64,000 bases of DNA from the human T2T-CHM13v2.0 reference genome, Homo sapiens, in the NCBI RefSeq assembly GCF_009914755.1, contig NC_060926.1; one strand, given 5' to 3'. Numbering within the stretch: position 1 is the first letter of the stretch; every line of letters starts with the position of its first letter. The notes below the pieces were generated by a model. That model ran no database searches and was not told where the DNA came from. It saw only the letters and a list, made by a program, of their open reading frames with translations. The translations under genes and the position numbers were made by a program. Positions 14,594 to 29,372 of the stretch are shown here, one piece after another.

Positions 14594-15243
14594 GTAAGCC
14601 GACACTGGTGCAGGGTGCCAGAGGAAAAAAAAAAAAAAAACCTGTTTCCAGAGGAAGAAAACAGCAACTACTAGATTCTGGGCCTCCTGGGGTCACACTC
14701 AGGCTCCCGCCACCTGCCCTCACCCACTCCCCACCCAGCAGCACTGCCCAGCTGGCCTCTTGGGAACTCCCCTGGTCGCTCTCATCCATGCCTGCCAGGT
14801 GCTTTCCCATGTGGAGGAAGTGGCCTGCATGCACTCTTGACCACGTGAGCAGAGTCCACCCCAGTGACACGGTTCTTCTCATGGCTAGGACTGCCACCAT
14901 CCCTGGGGCCCCGAAACCAGCCCACACGTGGAAGGGACCCACAGAGACTCTGGAACAAGACTCGGAACCTACTAAACTACTAATGAGAGGAAATCTGGCA
15001 TTTGTTTTTTAAGATATTTTAATCCCCATTTATGTTTAGCTGATCAATAAGAGGCTAAAGTTAGTGCAGTCTTCTCTTCTCTTGGGATTTCAGTAAGGAG
15101 AATACATTTCAAAATGGCATTCTTCATTCTTATCTATTATGATGTCTAAAGACACAAGTGTCCAAAGAACCATCTTCCTTCTCTCCTTCTGCTTCTCCAC
15201 TATATCTTTTGGAGGTGATTTCCCCCTTATCCTTAGAGAATTA

Positions 15244-15567
<324 letters not shown>

Positions 15568-15878
15568 GATCTGATGATATAGAAGTTGGGCATGCTATAA
15601 AGATACCTAAGATACCTTTTATCATCTCCAAGAAAAAGTCTTTTCTTTTTTTTTTTTGTAAGTCTTTAAAAATGGTGGTTTTCTAACAGGTGTCTTGTTG
15701 GGTTTTGCTGTCTCAGCCTTTGAGAATTCTTATTAATGATATTGACAGGTGTTTTCTCAGGCCCTGAAGTCTTCATGAGCTTTAAGATAGCACTTTGACA
15801 AGGAGCATGTTATAATCTCATTAGTTAAAGATCATAATCAAATCTGTTTTTACTTGTAGTCTAAATATATCTTCACAG

Positions 15879-16144
15879 TTTTTGTTCTTTTTTTTTTCTT
15901 TTTTTTGGCACAATCTCGGCCCACTGCAGCCTCAACCTCCTGGGCTCAAACAATCCACCAGGCTCAGCCTGCAGGGTAGCTGGGACTACAGGCACGTGCC
16001 ACCACGCCTGACTAAATTTTTTTGTATAATTTTTGTAGAGATGGGGTTTTGTCATGTTGCTGTCAAATTCCTGGGCTCAAGCGATCCACCTGCTTCAGCC
16101 TCCCAAAGTGCTGAGATTACAGGCATGAGCCACCATGCCTGGCC
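15879..16144 (-). mobile_element. AluJ with internal deletions
   Basis: Reverse Alu; tail abuts ggcacaatctc, so part of the 3' end is missing. Confidence 0.8.
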
Positions 16145-16763
16145 TCTCTGTTCATTATTAAATACCATGCTGATAATTAAGTCTAAAATTTAGTCTAAGA
16201 GTTTCCCTTTTTCATAATTTCTTTAAAAACAAAGGAGGCCAGATTAAGTACTATCTATGTAGATACTTCTTCAGTTCTCTGGTTTAGCAGTTTAGGTAAT
16301 GGCTCATTTAAGTTGAAATCCACTCAAATATCTAAGTCAGAACACTGTAGACCCAGGCAAGAATGGCCCTTGGACCGGGCCCTGTGTTTTCAAGTAACTT
16401 CTTGACCCTCCCGCAGCCATGGCCCTCTCTACAGAGTAAGGAATCAGAGAGACCAAGGAGACAGGGCCACTGGAATCTACACTCTTTGTTCTGAAGCATG
16501 CTGCCAGTCAGTACTCGAGATCCTGGGTTACTCTTCCCAAGTGGGCCCAAGCCTGCTCACAGGATCTGCCTGGACCACTTTCCTGTATACATCATCTTGA
16601 AGATGAACAACACTGCCAGTTTTCACACCCATCCGCTGGAAGGGTGGGAGTGGAGGCGATGCTTAGGTGTGCAGGCTGGAATGTCCACATTTGTGTGTGC
16701 AAGGCCCCTTACAATGTGGGATGGAGCCAGAGATAGGAAAAGACAGTATTCAGACATATGGTG

Positions 16764-17232
16764 TGTGAACCCCAAAAATCTGAGACAGGTCTCAGATAAC
16801 TTAGAAAGTTTATTTTGCCAAGGTTGAGGACGTGCACCCGTGACACAGCCTCAGAAGGTCTGATGACATGTGCCCAAGGTGGTGGGGCACAGCTTGGTTT
16901 TGTACATTTTAGGGAGACATGAGACATCAATCCATTTGTGTAAGGTGAATATCAGTTCAGTCCAGAAAGGTGGGACTACTGGAGGCAAAGGCGGACAACT
17001 GGGAGCGAGGAGGGGGCTTCCAGGTCTTAGGCAGATAAAAGACAGATGGTTGTATTCTTTTGAGTTTCTGATTAGCCTCTCCAAATGAGACAGTCAGATA
17101 TGCATTTATCTCAGTGAGCAGAGGGGTGACTTTGAATAGAATGGGAGCCAGGTTTGCCCTAAGCAGTTCCCAGCTTGACTTTTCCCTTCAGCTTAGTGAT
17201 TTGGGGGCCCCAAGATTTATTTTCCTTTAACA
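16764..17232 (-). mobile_element. MER4A1-like ERV1 solo LTR
   Basis: TG...CA termini; matches recalled MER4A1 consensus (cccaaaaatctgagacaggtctcag, ttggggccccaagatttattttcc); flanks ggtg/gatg. Confidence 0.8.
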
Positions 17233-18013
17233 GATGTATGGACCTACATTTGTACTCTTGCTCTAGGCTCTGAATTATTGGGGGTTGGTCTTCCCTAAAC
17301 CTATACCATCCAGTCACAGTGCACAAATGAAGAACCTTATATATTTGTAACTCATAAAATTTCATGTTTTCTTAAGAGGTTTGATTTTCAAAAAAGGTTT
17401 ATGTTTATGTTACAACTTAAGAGTCTTGTCAGGAGATAGTATATAAAGCGGGAATAGCTCCACCATTTCCCAACTGTAGATAGACCTTGGGCAAGTCCCT
17501 GAAACTCCTTATCCTCATCTATAAAACGAAGCACATAATAGCAACTAACTTAAAGGGTGATTCTGATGTTAAATGAGGTAGTGCATGGTGAGAAACCCCA
17601 TTCAGTGCATGGTAAGCACTCAATGAGTGTTGGCTATTACTGACCTTGAGGAGTTCAGAAATCTTTCCCTTGTAAAGGAGCTTAATCCATTGCGTCCTTA
17701 CTGCTCATCCATTTACGTTCCTGGTCAGTGATGTGTTGAAGGAATGATTTTTTAATAGAGGCTTCAAATTTTCTTTGCTTATAACTGCAGAAAGTTTAGA
17801 AAAACAATGAATTACCTCTGTGAAAATACACCTTATTTCTGCATGCCACCAAGACCTGCCAGATACACTTCACCCCTATATTTGTCCAAGATAATATTTC
17901 TGAACTATAAAGATATTTGTTTTGGAATAAATTAGAAAAGCTACTTTAGAGAAGAAAAGTTACAGAATTTTACTTTTTCTTCACTTACGTAATTAGAATT
18001 CCTATGCATGGTT

Positions 18014-18792
18014 TTGAACAGGAAATTTTCCTTGACCCCTTCACAGGCCTTGCAACAGGGGTGCCTCACTTTCTCAGCCTGAAGCTCTGAACCCCTCGGG
18101 GGAGGGAGAGCATGCAGGTGAGCAGGTGCAGGAGCTAGAGCAAGCACTTTTGGCCACCGGCAGGATCAAAACTCCATGCAGTCCCACAGCAGTGCCTAGG
18201 GTAGTACCCATGACCCCTGGAGCCCCAGAGGGCATGCGTTACAATGCTCTTTTAGCTTTGCAGTCCAAGGACGGCTTAAGTATTTAACAGCTCAATAGAC
18301 CTTCTACTTTTTCATGAAGGCAGAGGGTCAATGTGACACTTTTCTGTATCCTGAGCTCTTGTCCAGCATCCATGAAAAATCAGGTCATATGAACAAATTG
18401 AAGGATAGTAAACGCGGGGGATTTTATTGCCATTGAAAGTGGCTCTCAGCAGGAGGGAGAGAGCTGGAAAATGGGGATGGAGTGGGAACGTATTCTTCCC
18501 CTGAAGTACTGCCATCAAGCAGTCCCGCTAAAGTCAAGCTGCTGCTCTCCGACTCAGACTGCAGTCTCCGACGTGCAGCTGCTTCTCCTCTTCTCTGCTC
18601 TGTGCCAGTGGAGCCTGGGATTTTTATGGGTACAGGATACGGGGTGGGGTAGGCCAGGGGTGGTTTTGGAAAAGGCAATATTTGAGCAGGAAAACAGGAA
18701 TGTAAAGTTCTCACTTTGGGCTTGAGAGTGGGTCTTGGCCAGGGACCCTGCCCTTTTTCTGTGTACAATTTCTGTGCCTCCTGTCCCTCTCG
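18014..18792 (-). mobile_element. ERV1 solo LTR of the LTR1/LTR27/MER52 group
   Basis: The minus strand begins ...ggacaggaggcacagaaat...gggcagggtccctggc, typical of this LTR group; about 780 bp; subfamily uncertain. Confidence 0.6.
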
Positions 18793-19172
18793 GTCTCTAC
18801 AGAATGTCTCAGAAATCTCCATAGTAGAGGATCATCATTACTCTGCCCCTGGCTTCTGTTTTATTCTGCTATAGTTTAAGCATCTTTATGAATTTTATTT
18901 GACCCAGTTTTTGAATTGTCTGTCTTACACTTCTGTAACCTCTCTTTCAATATCATTTTCTTCCAGTTCCATTTACAAAACAGTCCACTATTCTTTTAGG
19001 ATTAATAATTTTATCTGCCTGACCTCATCTTCATGTTTTCTGATTCTTCTGGTGTATAAAAAAAAAAAAAAAAAAGCTTACCTGTGGCTTAGAGATTTGG
19101 TTTTCCTGATGTCTACTGGTGTCATCAGTGGCTTGCTGGCATCTGATACTTATCTCTTTTCTTTTTTGGTAG

Positions 19173-19568
19173 AATGGATCTTCTAACCAAAGACGGAGAT
19201 TTAATCCACAGTATCATAACAACAGGCTAAATGGGCCTGCCAAGTCGCAGGGCAGTGGGAATGAAGCCGAGCCACTGGGAAAGGGCAACAGCCGCCACGA
19301 ACACAGAAGACAGCCGCACAACGGCTTCCGGCCCAAAAACAAAGGCGGTGCCAAAAATCAAGAGGCTTCCTTGGGGATGAAGACCCCCGAGGCCCCGGCC
19401 CATTCTGAAAAGCCCCGGCGAAGGCAGCACGCTGCAGACACCTCGGAGGCCAGGCCCTTCCGGGGTAGTGTCGGTAGGGTTTCACAGTGCAATCTCTGCC
19501 CCACGAGAATAGAAGTTTCCACAGATGCAGCAGTTCTCTCAGTCCCGGCTGTGACGTTGGTGGCCTGA
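19173..19568 (+). CDS. SPATS2L: SPATS2L terminal coding exon, NGSSNQRRRFNPQYH...VLSVPAVTLVA*
   Basis: tcttttcttttttggtag acceptor; 396 nt (132 codons) ending TGA 19566-19568; C-terminus recognised. Confidence 0.95.
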   Translation, partial: NGSSNQRRRFNPQYHNNRLNGPAKSQGSGNEAEPLGKGNSRHEHRRQPHNGFRPKNKGGAKNQEASLGMKTPEAPAHSEKPRRRQHAADTSEARPFRGSVGRVSQCNLCPTRIEVSTDAAVLSVPAVTLVA

Positions 19569-20174
19569 GCTAGGAGGAAAAAGAGCAGTTTTCACTCAGT
19601 TTTGGTTCCCTGCCCGAGGTGCTGACCCAATTCGCTGCCAAAAGAGTGTCAATCAGAATATACAAATCCCGTATGGTTGTGTCATCCTCTCTTAATCATT
19701 TTTACTAATTCTAATAATCAGCTCTAGCTTGCTTCATAATTTTCATGGCTTTGCTTGATCTGTTGATGCTTTCTCTCATCAAGACTTTGCAGCATTTTAG
19801 CCAGGCAGTATTTACTCATTATTAGGAAAATCAAGATGTGGCTGAAGATCAGAGGCTCAGTTAGCAACCTGTGTTGTAGCAGTGATGTCAGTCCATTGAT
19901 TGTCTTTAGAGAGTTAATGTTACAAAAAAGAATTCTTAATAATCAGACAAACATGATCTGCTGAGGACACATGCGCTTTTGTAGAATTTAACATCTGGTG
20001 TTTTTCTGAAAAAATATATATACATATATTGCTTTATTTGAAACAAATTAAAATATGCTGCATTTGACACCTGGCTAGTTTCTTTTATTGATACCCACCT
20101 AGTTATTGAATGTACTGTTTAGTGCTTTCAAAAAAAACTTTAGAGACTAGAGGTTGTGGTGCAAAGCTGTGTAC

Positions 20175-20180
20175 AATAAA
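20175..20180 (+). terminator. SPATS2L: SPATS2L proximal poly(A) signal AATAAA
   Basis: AATAAA about 600 nt after the stop, with upstream TGTA elements. Confidence 0.65.
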
Positions 20181-20360
20181 TACTGTTTCTGTTGAGACAA
20201 GTACTCTTTCAGGAAAATATATATATGCCCTTTCAATTAGATTACACAAATAGATGGATATGCACCCTGATCATCTTAGACACACCATGTGGCAGTTGGG
20301 CAGTTGGAAACATTGGTTGCAAGTACTACAAACCTCAGCTGAGCCTAGCTTCAACAATAA

Positions 20361-20740
<380 letters not shown>

Positions 20741-21867
20741 GCTCCCATCTCTTAATTATCTTAGCTCTCCTTTCCTCCTTGGGTTGACATTGCATTCAGA
20801 ATTGTGGCAAAGGGCCACCATGCTCTTAAGACTCAAGTCTATTTTCCACACTGTCGAGAGGAGAGAAGTTATCCTAGTAGCTTCTACACAGAGCAAGTGT
20901 CTTTCTCAGAAATCCCAGCAAAGGTCTTGCATACCATTGCTGGTAGGCCTGTCTCTTAAACCAATCATGAAAGGGGGGAGAGAAGTGAATGGGATGAACT
21001 AATTTGCATAGACTAATTAGAGCCCACCCCTGGAGCCTGGGTGTGGCCATCTTCCCAGAGTTCCTGAGCTAGATGGAGAAGGGGTACTTCTCAGAAAGGG
21101 AAAATGGATACCCAATGGCCCAAACCCAAAATAGCCCCAGTTCCCCTAACTTTGACTACAGGGCAGTCCAGTTTGGGTGCCGCTTCCGTTGCACTCACAT
21201 GTCCTACATATCTGTTGACTACTCACAAGTGCAAATGCTTATTCTCAGCTCAACATTAACATTTTTTCTGGCAACCCAGGTTCACTGGTTCTCTTCCACA
21301 GAGCAGCCCTGAGCAGCTGAGCCTGCAAGCCACGCAAGCATCTGTTTCTTCTTTTGCCAAGTACAGGAGGATGTTTGCTCTCTCTGTAGAGAGCTTTCTG
21401 AGGTCTCTGGGTGTACCCAGAGATTTAATAGAAATTCTTAACGTTAAGTCACATTCCAGGAAGGAAGGAAGAGTTGTTCGTTCAAATAAGAAAGATAAAT
21501 GTTCGGCACTGTAGGCCCTGTTTACCCCATCTGAGGCCCTGAATTTATATATTACAAGACGGAAGGATTTTGCACAGTTTTTTATGTAGCAAGATTTTGC
21601 TCACCACTGAAAAATGTCAGTGTAAATGTGACCGCTTTAAAGATGAGTCAAGTAATTCTTGGAACAGGGAAAAAAATGAATTTGCCAGGTCAGGAGTTCA
21701 CCTGCCTTTGTCAGAGTTGAACCCAACCACTCTTGACCTCGACTCACTCCCTTAGGGTTAAGAAAGCCCAAACACATTCCTGAGCACAGAGCAAACACTC
21801 CCATGTCACTGAAAAGAAACAAAAGAATGCTAAAAAGTGCTCAGACCTGATCACATTTTTTCCAATA

Positions 21868-22162
21868 TTTTTTCCTTTTTTTTTTTTTTTTTTGAGACAG
21901 GGTCTTGCTCTATCACCTAGGCTGGAGTGCATGATCATGGCTCACTATAGCCTTGAACTCCTGGGCTCAAGCCATCCTCAGCCTCCCAAGTTGCGAGGAC
22001 TACAGGTGTGCACCACAACGTCCCAGCTACTTTTTAAATTTTTAGTAGAAACGAGGTCTCACTATGGTGCCCAGACTGGTCTCGAACTCCGGAGCTCAAG
22101 TGATCTTCCTGCTTTGGCCTCCCAAAGTGTTAGAATTACAGGCATGAGCCACCTCGCCTGGC
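21868..22162 (-). mobile_element. AluJ antisense
   Basis: Poly-T then gagacagggtcttgctct...; AluJ-type right arm. Confidence 0.85.
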
Positions 22163-23108
22163 TGGTTTTTGCCTTTCTTATAGACCCTGGGCATGTAAGC
22201 ATTTATTAGTTTGCATTTTTGAAACAGTAATTTCAATATTTTAGTGCCAATGTCAGGCCGCTTAAACACTGTATTACATATCTTCATCTGTCTGGTGGAA
22301 CTATTGGTGTGATCCTAGAGAACTGAGTCCTATTCTGCCATTCATTTAAAGTGTTTTAAACTCTAATCTCTCTACTTAATGCACAGTAGTCAGATTATTC
22401 TCTTAAACATTTGCCTAGTAGAGGTTAAAATAGTTTAATCCTTATGAAGATGGAATAACTTCAAACTCACATTGTGGCACTTAGATCTTCCACCAAGACT
22501 TCATCCGTGAAATCCACACCTCCCTGTTGGGTTCCCAATTACATTCCAAATTTACATTTCTTTTGAGAATCTCTGCATACTCCAGCTCTGTCCTGTTGAT
22601 CCTATTCTAGAAGTGCTTAATGCAGCAAGACACAGAAAGTTAAACGCAAATTGCTGCAAAATTCACCCTCAGTGGAGGACTAGAAACACAACATGTCCAA
22701 TTTAAAGCTCAGTTCACAAGCAGTTCAATTCTGCTGGCATCAGAAAAGGAGATTCTAATTAAACATTCTTAGGGAAGGACATCAAATGAGGTTAATGGGA
22801 AACGTTACCAGATTAAAAGCAGTTTTTTGACAAAGTAACAGATTTGGAAATTCTGACTCTCTGAAAGCCTTGATTTGAACCTCAAACTTGATTTCACCAT
22901 GAGAAGTGGGGATCAAGGGCCTGCGCAGTTCTTTTCCTAAATCGATTCGGTGCTCCCCACCCCGACGCAGGCACAGGTCCGCAACCAGATAGGGAGATGC
23001 CTGAATTTCAGGCTACCTTTGACAAAGCTTTCTTCCTCCCTCCCTCCCTTTGCACGCTGCATCCCACGCTGCCTGCTTAAAGCGCCCTCATGTGTCTACA
23101 GATGGTAA

Positions 23109-23472
<364 letters not shown>

Positions 23473-23738
23473 CCAGTCACTTGTTCTTAAGTTTCTTAAG
23501 CAAACTATAAAATAGCAAAAGACCAAAAAAAAGGAAAAAAAGCAGTTCGCCTAATACATTGTTCCAGCATTTCCTTGAAAGTACTGAGCCATCTCAATTG
23601 CTCTGATTTTGTGAGAAAATTATGAAGCGTTGCAAAGTCCCAGTGATTCTCTTGTTACTTAGCTAAGAATTTGAAATGTAATTTAAATACTATTCTTTAC
23701 AATCCATTATAAGGATTTTAAAATCTTTTTGCTTCTTT

Positions 23739-23744
23739 AATAAA
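23739..23744 (+). terminator. SPATS2L: SPATS2L distal poly(A) signal AATAAA
   Basis: AATAAA followed about 15-25 nt later by GU/U-rich ttttgtgtttatt; fits my recollection of a roughly 4-kb long 3'UTR. Confidence 0.6.
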
Positions 23745-24189
23745 TTCTAACAAAGTTTTGTGTTTATTCTTAGTTTCAAAGAACCAGGTCCCCAGTCCTG
23801 GGAGGCTGCTCAGCTGGCCAAGCCAGTGTTTAATCTCATTATAGCAGCCCTGCAGGCAAAGGCACTCTGGTCTGAATCTAGTCTATCTGAGAAATACACA
23901 ATGCTGCTCTCATCATTCAAGGTTCTTACACATTAATGATTAATTATCAGAAGTCCCTTTGTCTGAGAACTCTGTTTTTTCCCACAGCTCAGAGGAGCTT
24001 CTGGGGCTGCCACTAAGTTCCAGTTTCATAGGAAGAATTGCCACAAACAACTTTTGCAGAATAATGAGTATATTCCAAAGCAAATTTGTCTGAGAAATTA
24101 TGTAGACTTCTGGCAAAAAAAAAAAAAAAAAAAAAAATGGTTCAGAAGCATGACTGTGACAATGGCCAAAGAACTTCTACAGAAAATAG

Positions 24190-24552
<363 letters not shown>

Positions 24553-25816
24553 GTCCTGTTTTTAACTTCAGATACTTAGATTTGAATTTGATTTAATTGT
24601 TCCTAGTCCTTTGAAAGAACCCACCTTCTGTAAATTACCATCATTGTGTAACAAGTCAGCCAATAACATCATTACTCCTCTGCCAACACCTGACATATAG
24701 TAGGCACTTGATGAACACTGATTGAAAGAGAGAGAAGATATGAATAGGTGACCAACTCCAATATCTCCAGAAAATTCTGGAGTCTAAATGACTTGTGCAA
24801 AGTAACCCAGTAAAACAATCCTAGAGAAAATAGGAGGAGAGAGCAGAGCAGCTGAAGTAACCCACCCTCAAAGCCACCTGTCTGGATTCAAGCGCTAGCT
24901 CCACCACCTCCTGTCTGTGTAAACCAGGGTACATTTCTCAACATCTCCTTACCTTGGTTTTCTCCATGGGTGAATGGGGCAGGTAACTGGAGCTACTTCA
25001 CAGAGTTGTTACGAGGATTGAATAGTTAATATTTGCAAAGCATTTGGAATAATGCCTGGCACTTTATATAGATTCCAGGCAGGAGACAGTAACCACAGAG
25101 TAATTTGCCGGGGAAGCTTTATCAATGTATATGGGGAAGATAGATCGACAGAAATAACTAGTAACGGGAGATTAGCTACTAAAGGGTAAGAACTCTGAAG
25201 ACAACAGGAATAGCTGATACAGGGACTAGTCACTACTAGAGGTGAGACAGAGTACCCAAGAAAGGAATAAGCTTGAAAGAGCTTGCCCCACCCTCAAGGC
25301 TGACATTCGGCCTTGTTGGAGAGGGTGCAGCTGTGGCCACTGGAGGGCGGAGCAGCTCGCTGAGGTGTTGCAAGCTGGGGCTGGCAAGCTGGAAGCCACT
25401 CAGATTCACCAGGAATACACCTGCAGGGATGCCATTAAACCTGCTGGGACTCCAGCTGGAACACCAGCAAAACTCACCTGGAAACCACACACAGGGGTGT
25501 TGTTGAATTGTCTGTGGAGCCAGCAGGGAGACCCACCCAACAGGAAGCTGCACAAGGCAGTGCTTGCTGAGGGTGAAAGCCACTGGATATTCCACACTGG
25601 GACCAAGCACTGCAGCAGCAAGACCCGGGATGCACCCTGAACCTGGAAGAAAAGGGCCCTTCTGCAGTGTCCCACCAGTGACAAAGCTTAACATCATGCC
25701 AGCTGGTGAGAAGTGTTTGCAGGGTCCAGCTCTAGTATCACAAGCAGCACAATAAAGAGTGGATTTGGAAGCAAGAGGCAATGAATTGATAAACAACACA
25801 TCCTTAGTAAGTGCTA

Positions 25817-26209
<393 letters not shown>

Positions 26210-26701
26210 CTACTATAAGAGCAGACCTAGCGTTGTGCTTAGGGGCCTGGACTCTGGAGTAAGATGACATGGATGTGAATCCTAGCTTTGCCTTCTGCTA
26301 GCAGTTAGGCAGCTCATCTAACCCCTCTGTGCTTCAGTTTCTCCATCTGTAAAATGGGGATGATAATAATACCGACCTGCGTCATAGGGTTAGTGTATTA
26401 AATAAGTTTATAAACAATTAGAAGAGCACATATTAGCTTTTATTAGGTAGTTGCTTGGTCAGAACAGCAAACGAAAATATTTCAAATTTTATGCCAAAAC
26501 CAGAAATGTAATTGGGAGCTTAAAGGATGGATTTTTTAAATCAGCAGGCCTGAGACATCCTTCCTTCTGAATCACCCTCCCCCTCAATTCCCATGGCTCT
26601 ACTCCTGCCTGTGATTGACAGCTGCAATGTTTTCTTACTGATCCACAGCCCCCAGTTAGGAGAGGCAGTTAATCTGCTCAAGTTAAGTCACCCAGTTAGA
26701 G

Positions 26702-26906
26702 CAATGGTTCTCAACTGGAGATAATCGATGCACCCCCTGACCCCAGGGGACATTTGGATGGGTCTGGAGATATTTCTGATTGTCACGACTGGGGCAGGAG
26801 TGCTAGCCAGGGATGCTGCTCAACATCTTGTAATGCACAGTATAATCCTAACAATAAAGAATTATTTGGTCTAAAATGTCGATAAAGCCACTGTTGAGAA
26901 ACCCTG
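26702..26906 (+). mobile_element. MER20 (hAT-Charlie)
   Basis: caatggttctcaac...ccccaggggacatttgg...gttgagaaaccctg. Confidence 0.8.
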
Positions 26907-27040
26907 ATCTAGAGGGTTCAGGGGTTTGGAGAAAGGGGACAAAAGTTGAGTAGATGAGCCAGGACATGTTTCCCTGATTCCTCCAGCTATGCTGGGTTCT
27001 TGGCTGGTTCAGCCTCGGTGACCAACTCCAGACTGTCTGA

Positions 27041-27135
27041 ACTTTGGGAGGACGAGGTGGGTGGATCACCTGAGGTCAGGAGTTCAAGATCAGCCTGGCC
27101 AGCATGGCGAAACCTGTCTCTACTAAAAATACAAA
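27041..27135 (+). repeat. 95-bp exact duplicate of Alu segment 25868-25962
   Basis: Base-for-base identical, including private variants; no Alu 5' end, tail or TSD. Confidence 0.95.
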
Positions 27136-29092
27136 TTTTTGGTAGATTAGCTGGGTCTAAATGTACAATTTCTGATGTCCCTGGACTACTAGTGTCACAT
27201 ACATAGAAACTGAATCCCCAGGTCTTCCACATCAAGAAATTAGAGAATAGATTCTTGAAAGAGCTGCTATTGAAACAAAACTATTCAAAATTTTAAGAAA
27301 TCTTGGCAGAAGGCAGTTTGCCTTTTCCCATCATTAGCAAATATTCTAATGATGTTTGTTTGAAACAACATTCAAACATGCTGTCTGTTTGAAACAAGTT
27401 TCTCTTCTAAGCCCCAGGCCCCCCATTTCATACCTGGAGCTCAGCAGAATTTTACTAAGGCAATGAGGGTTTTAGGGTGGAAGAAGCAAACGAAAAGCAT
27501 GAGAAACAACATGATAAAATGAAAAGCTGCTAAATAAACAAGCAGGGCAGAATACTGACTGACAGTTAGCGTAAAATTCTATCTGTCTTAGCCACAGCCT
27601 ACATCAGAAGCCATTTAGCTAGCAAATATAAAACATGGATGGGCTGTCTGAGGCAACACATGTGAACAAAGAAAAATTAGCTTTTCTCTAACAATGTAAA
27701 CCACGTATCTCTTATGAGGCTGACAAGAATATAAGTGAAAATGGTCGCTTTGAGACTGCACCACCAATCAAATTGAAATATGAAATTCCGGAAAGAGCTG
27801 GAAAGCAATTTTTTTTTTTCCTGTTAGCTATTTATGATGTTTCTTTTTTTGGGTCCTACACGCTCGAAACCCTGCATACTAACTGCTGCCCTCAACAAAG
27901 AACCACTCATCCACTCACTGTTTCCTGACTGGGGAATCAGCAACTTGTTGATAGTTTTCAAGGAAGAGTTTCAGCATATGGAAAAGACAGAATTTTTCAT
28001 AATTAAAAAGTTCCTGGTTACTTTCAAATACACACATGTAAGTCATTTGAAAATACTTTTCATTTGCTATAATAGAAGCTCTTTCCCTATGTTTTACCAA
28101 GTTCATACTTTCTATTTAGTCTCCAACCAACATCCTACCAAATACAGATCAAAGCTATTAAAGGGCCTGCAGATGTAAGATAATCCTATCTAAGATGATC
28201 TCATACTCATATAAATGTCAGCATTCTTCCCTTTACCGAACAACTTGCCACCACAGGCCTTGTGCACATTCAAAATGTGTTTAAATCAAAGGTTTTCTAT
28301 GAACAATTTCTCAGGTATAGCCAAACACGCTTATATGTTAATTCCTGCTGTAAAAGTCAAGATACAGCTGGTCAGTCATTATACTGTATTTAACCATGGA
28401 CTGGAAAGTGAATCGACAATTTTTTTTTTAATGTTAGCACTTGCTAAGGAAGCAATGGGATTCAGTCTGTGAATGAAAAAGAACTTACATCAGCACAGGA
28501 GATGTACTGAATTAGGAGCAGGGAGGCCAGACCTCTGCCTTCCTCTCTGGAAAGTCAGGAAGCATCAGCCACGGACCTCTCTGGGATCTGGTGATACATA
28601 TTTCTAAATTACTTCAAACAACTCGACAAGTTATGTAACTGTTATGGTCATTACCAATAGTAATTGTGGTCATCAGCAATATTCACTGTATCAAGGAACT
28701 TTCAAAAGCACCTCCTTTGTTCCCCTGACAGTATAAACTCTGCAAGATCAAAAAGCAGTTTCCATACCCTCTGAATATTGCTATCAGATACATTTTCTAA
28801 AATAATTTGGAGACAGGAGGTGGCCCTCAACTGTTCAGAAATTTATTAAAGGCCTGCTGTGTACCAGACTCTAGAGGGACAGAAACAACAGTCCCTGTTT
28901 AGTAGGAGACACATAATCTAATATTTTCCTGCTCAAAAACTTCAAATATTGAGGAAATTCACACTTACATTTACTTCCTCCCTCTAGCTTTTCAGTGATG
29001 CTGTGTGGTTCTGCAGAAATCAGATAATGGGGCTAAAATGTGTACATTCCCTATTGTGTAGCCTTAACTTTTCTGAAACTCATTTTCTTTGT

Positions 29093-29372
29093 CTTTAATC
29101 TCAACACTTTGGGAGACCAAGGTGGGAGGATGGCTTGAAGCCAGGAGTTTGAGACCACCCTGGGCAACATAGTGAGACCTCATCTTTACAAAAAAAATTT
29201 TTTTAATTAGCCGGGTATGGAGTGCATGCCTGTAGTCCCAGCAAGTTACTCCGGAGGCTGAGGCAGGAGGATTGCTTGAGCCCAGGAGTTGGAGGCTGCA
29301 GTAATCCAAGATCGTGCCACTGCATTCTAGCCTGGGCGACAGAGCAAGAACCTATCACTACAAAAATTAAAA
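29093..29372 (+). mobile_element. AluJ, 5'-trimmed
   Basis: Dimeric Alu with ggaggattgcttgagcccaggag. Confidence 0.8.

Noticed and set aside
14373-15012. 189-aa minus-strand and 134-aa plus-strand ORFs
   Set aside because: Antisense shadow of the SPATS2L exon and GC-rich intron start.
25236-25799. Cluster of overlapping 63-187 aa ORFs on both strands
   Set aside because: No splice or domain support; the region looks like a degenerate LTR-type remnant that I cannot assign confidently.
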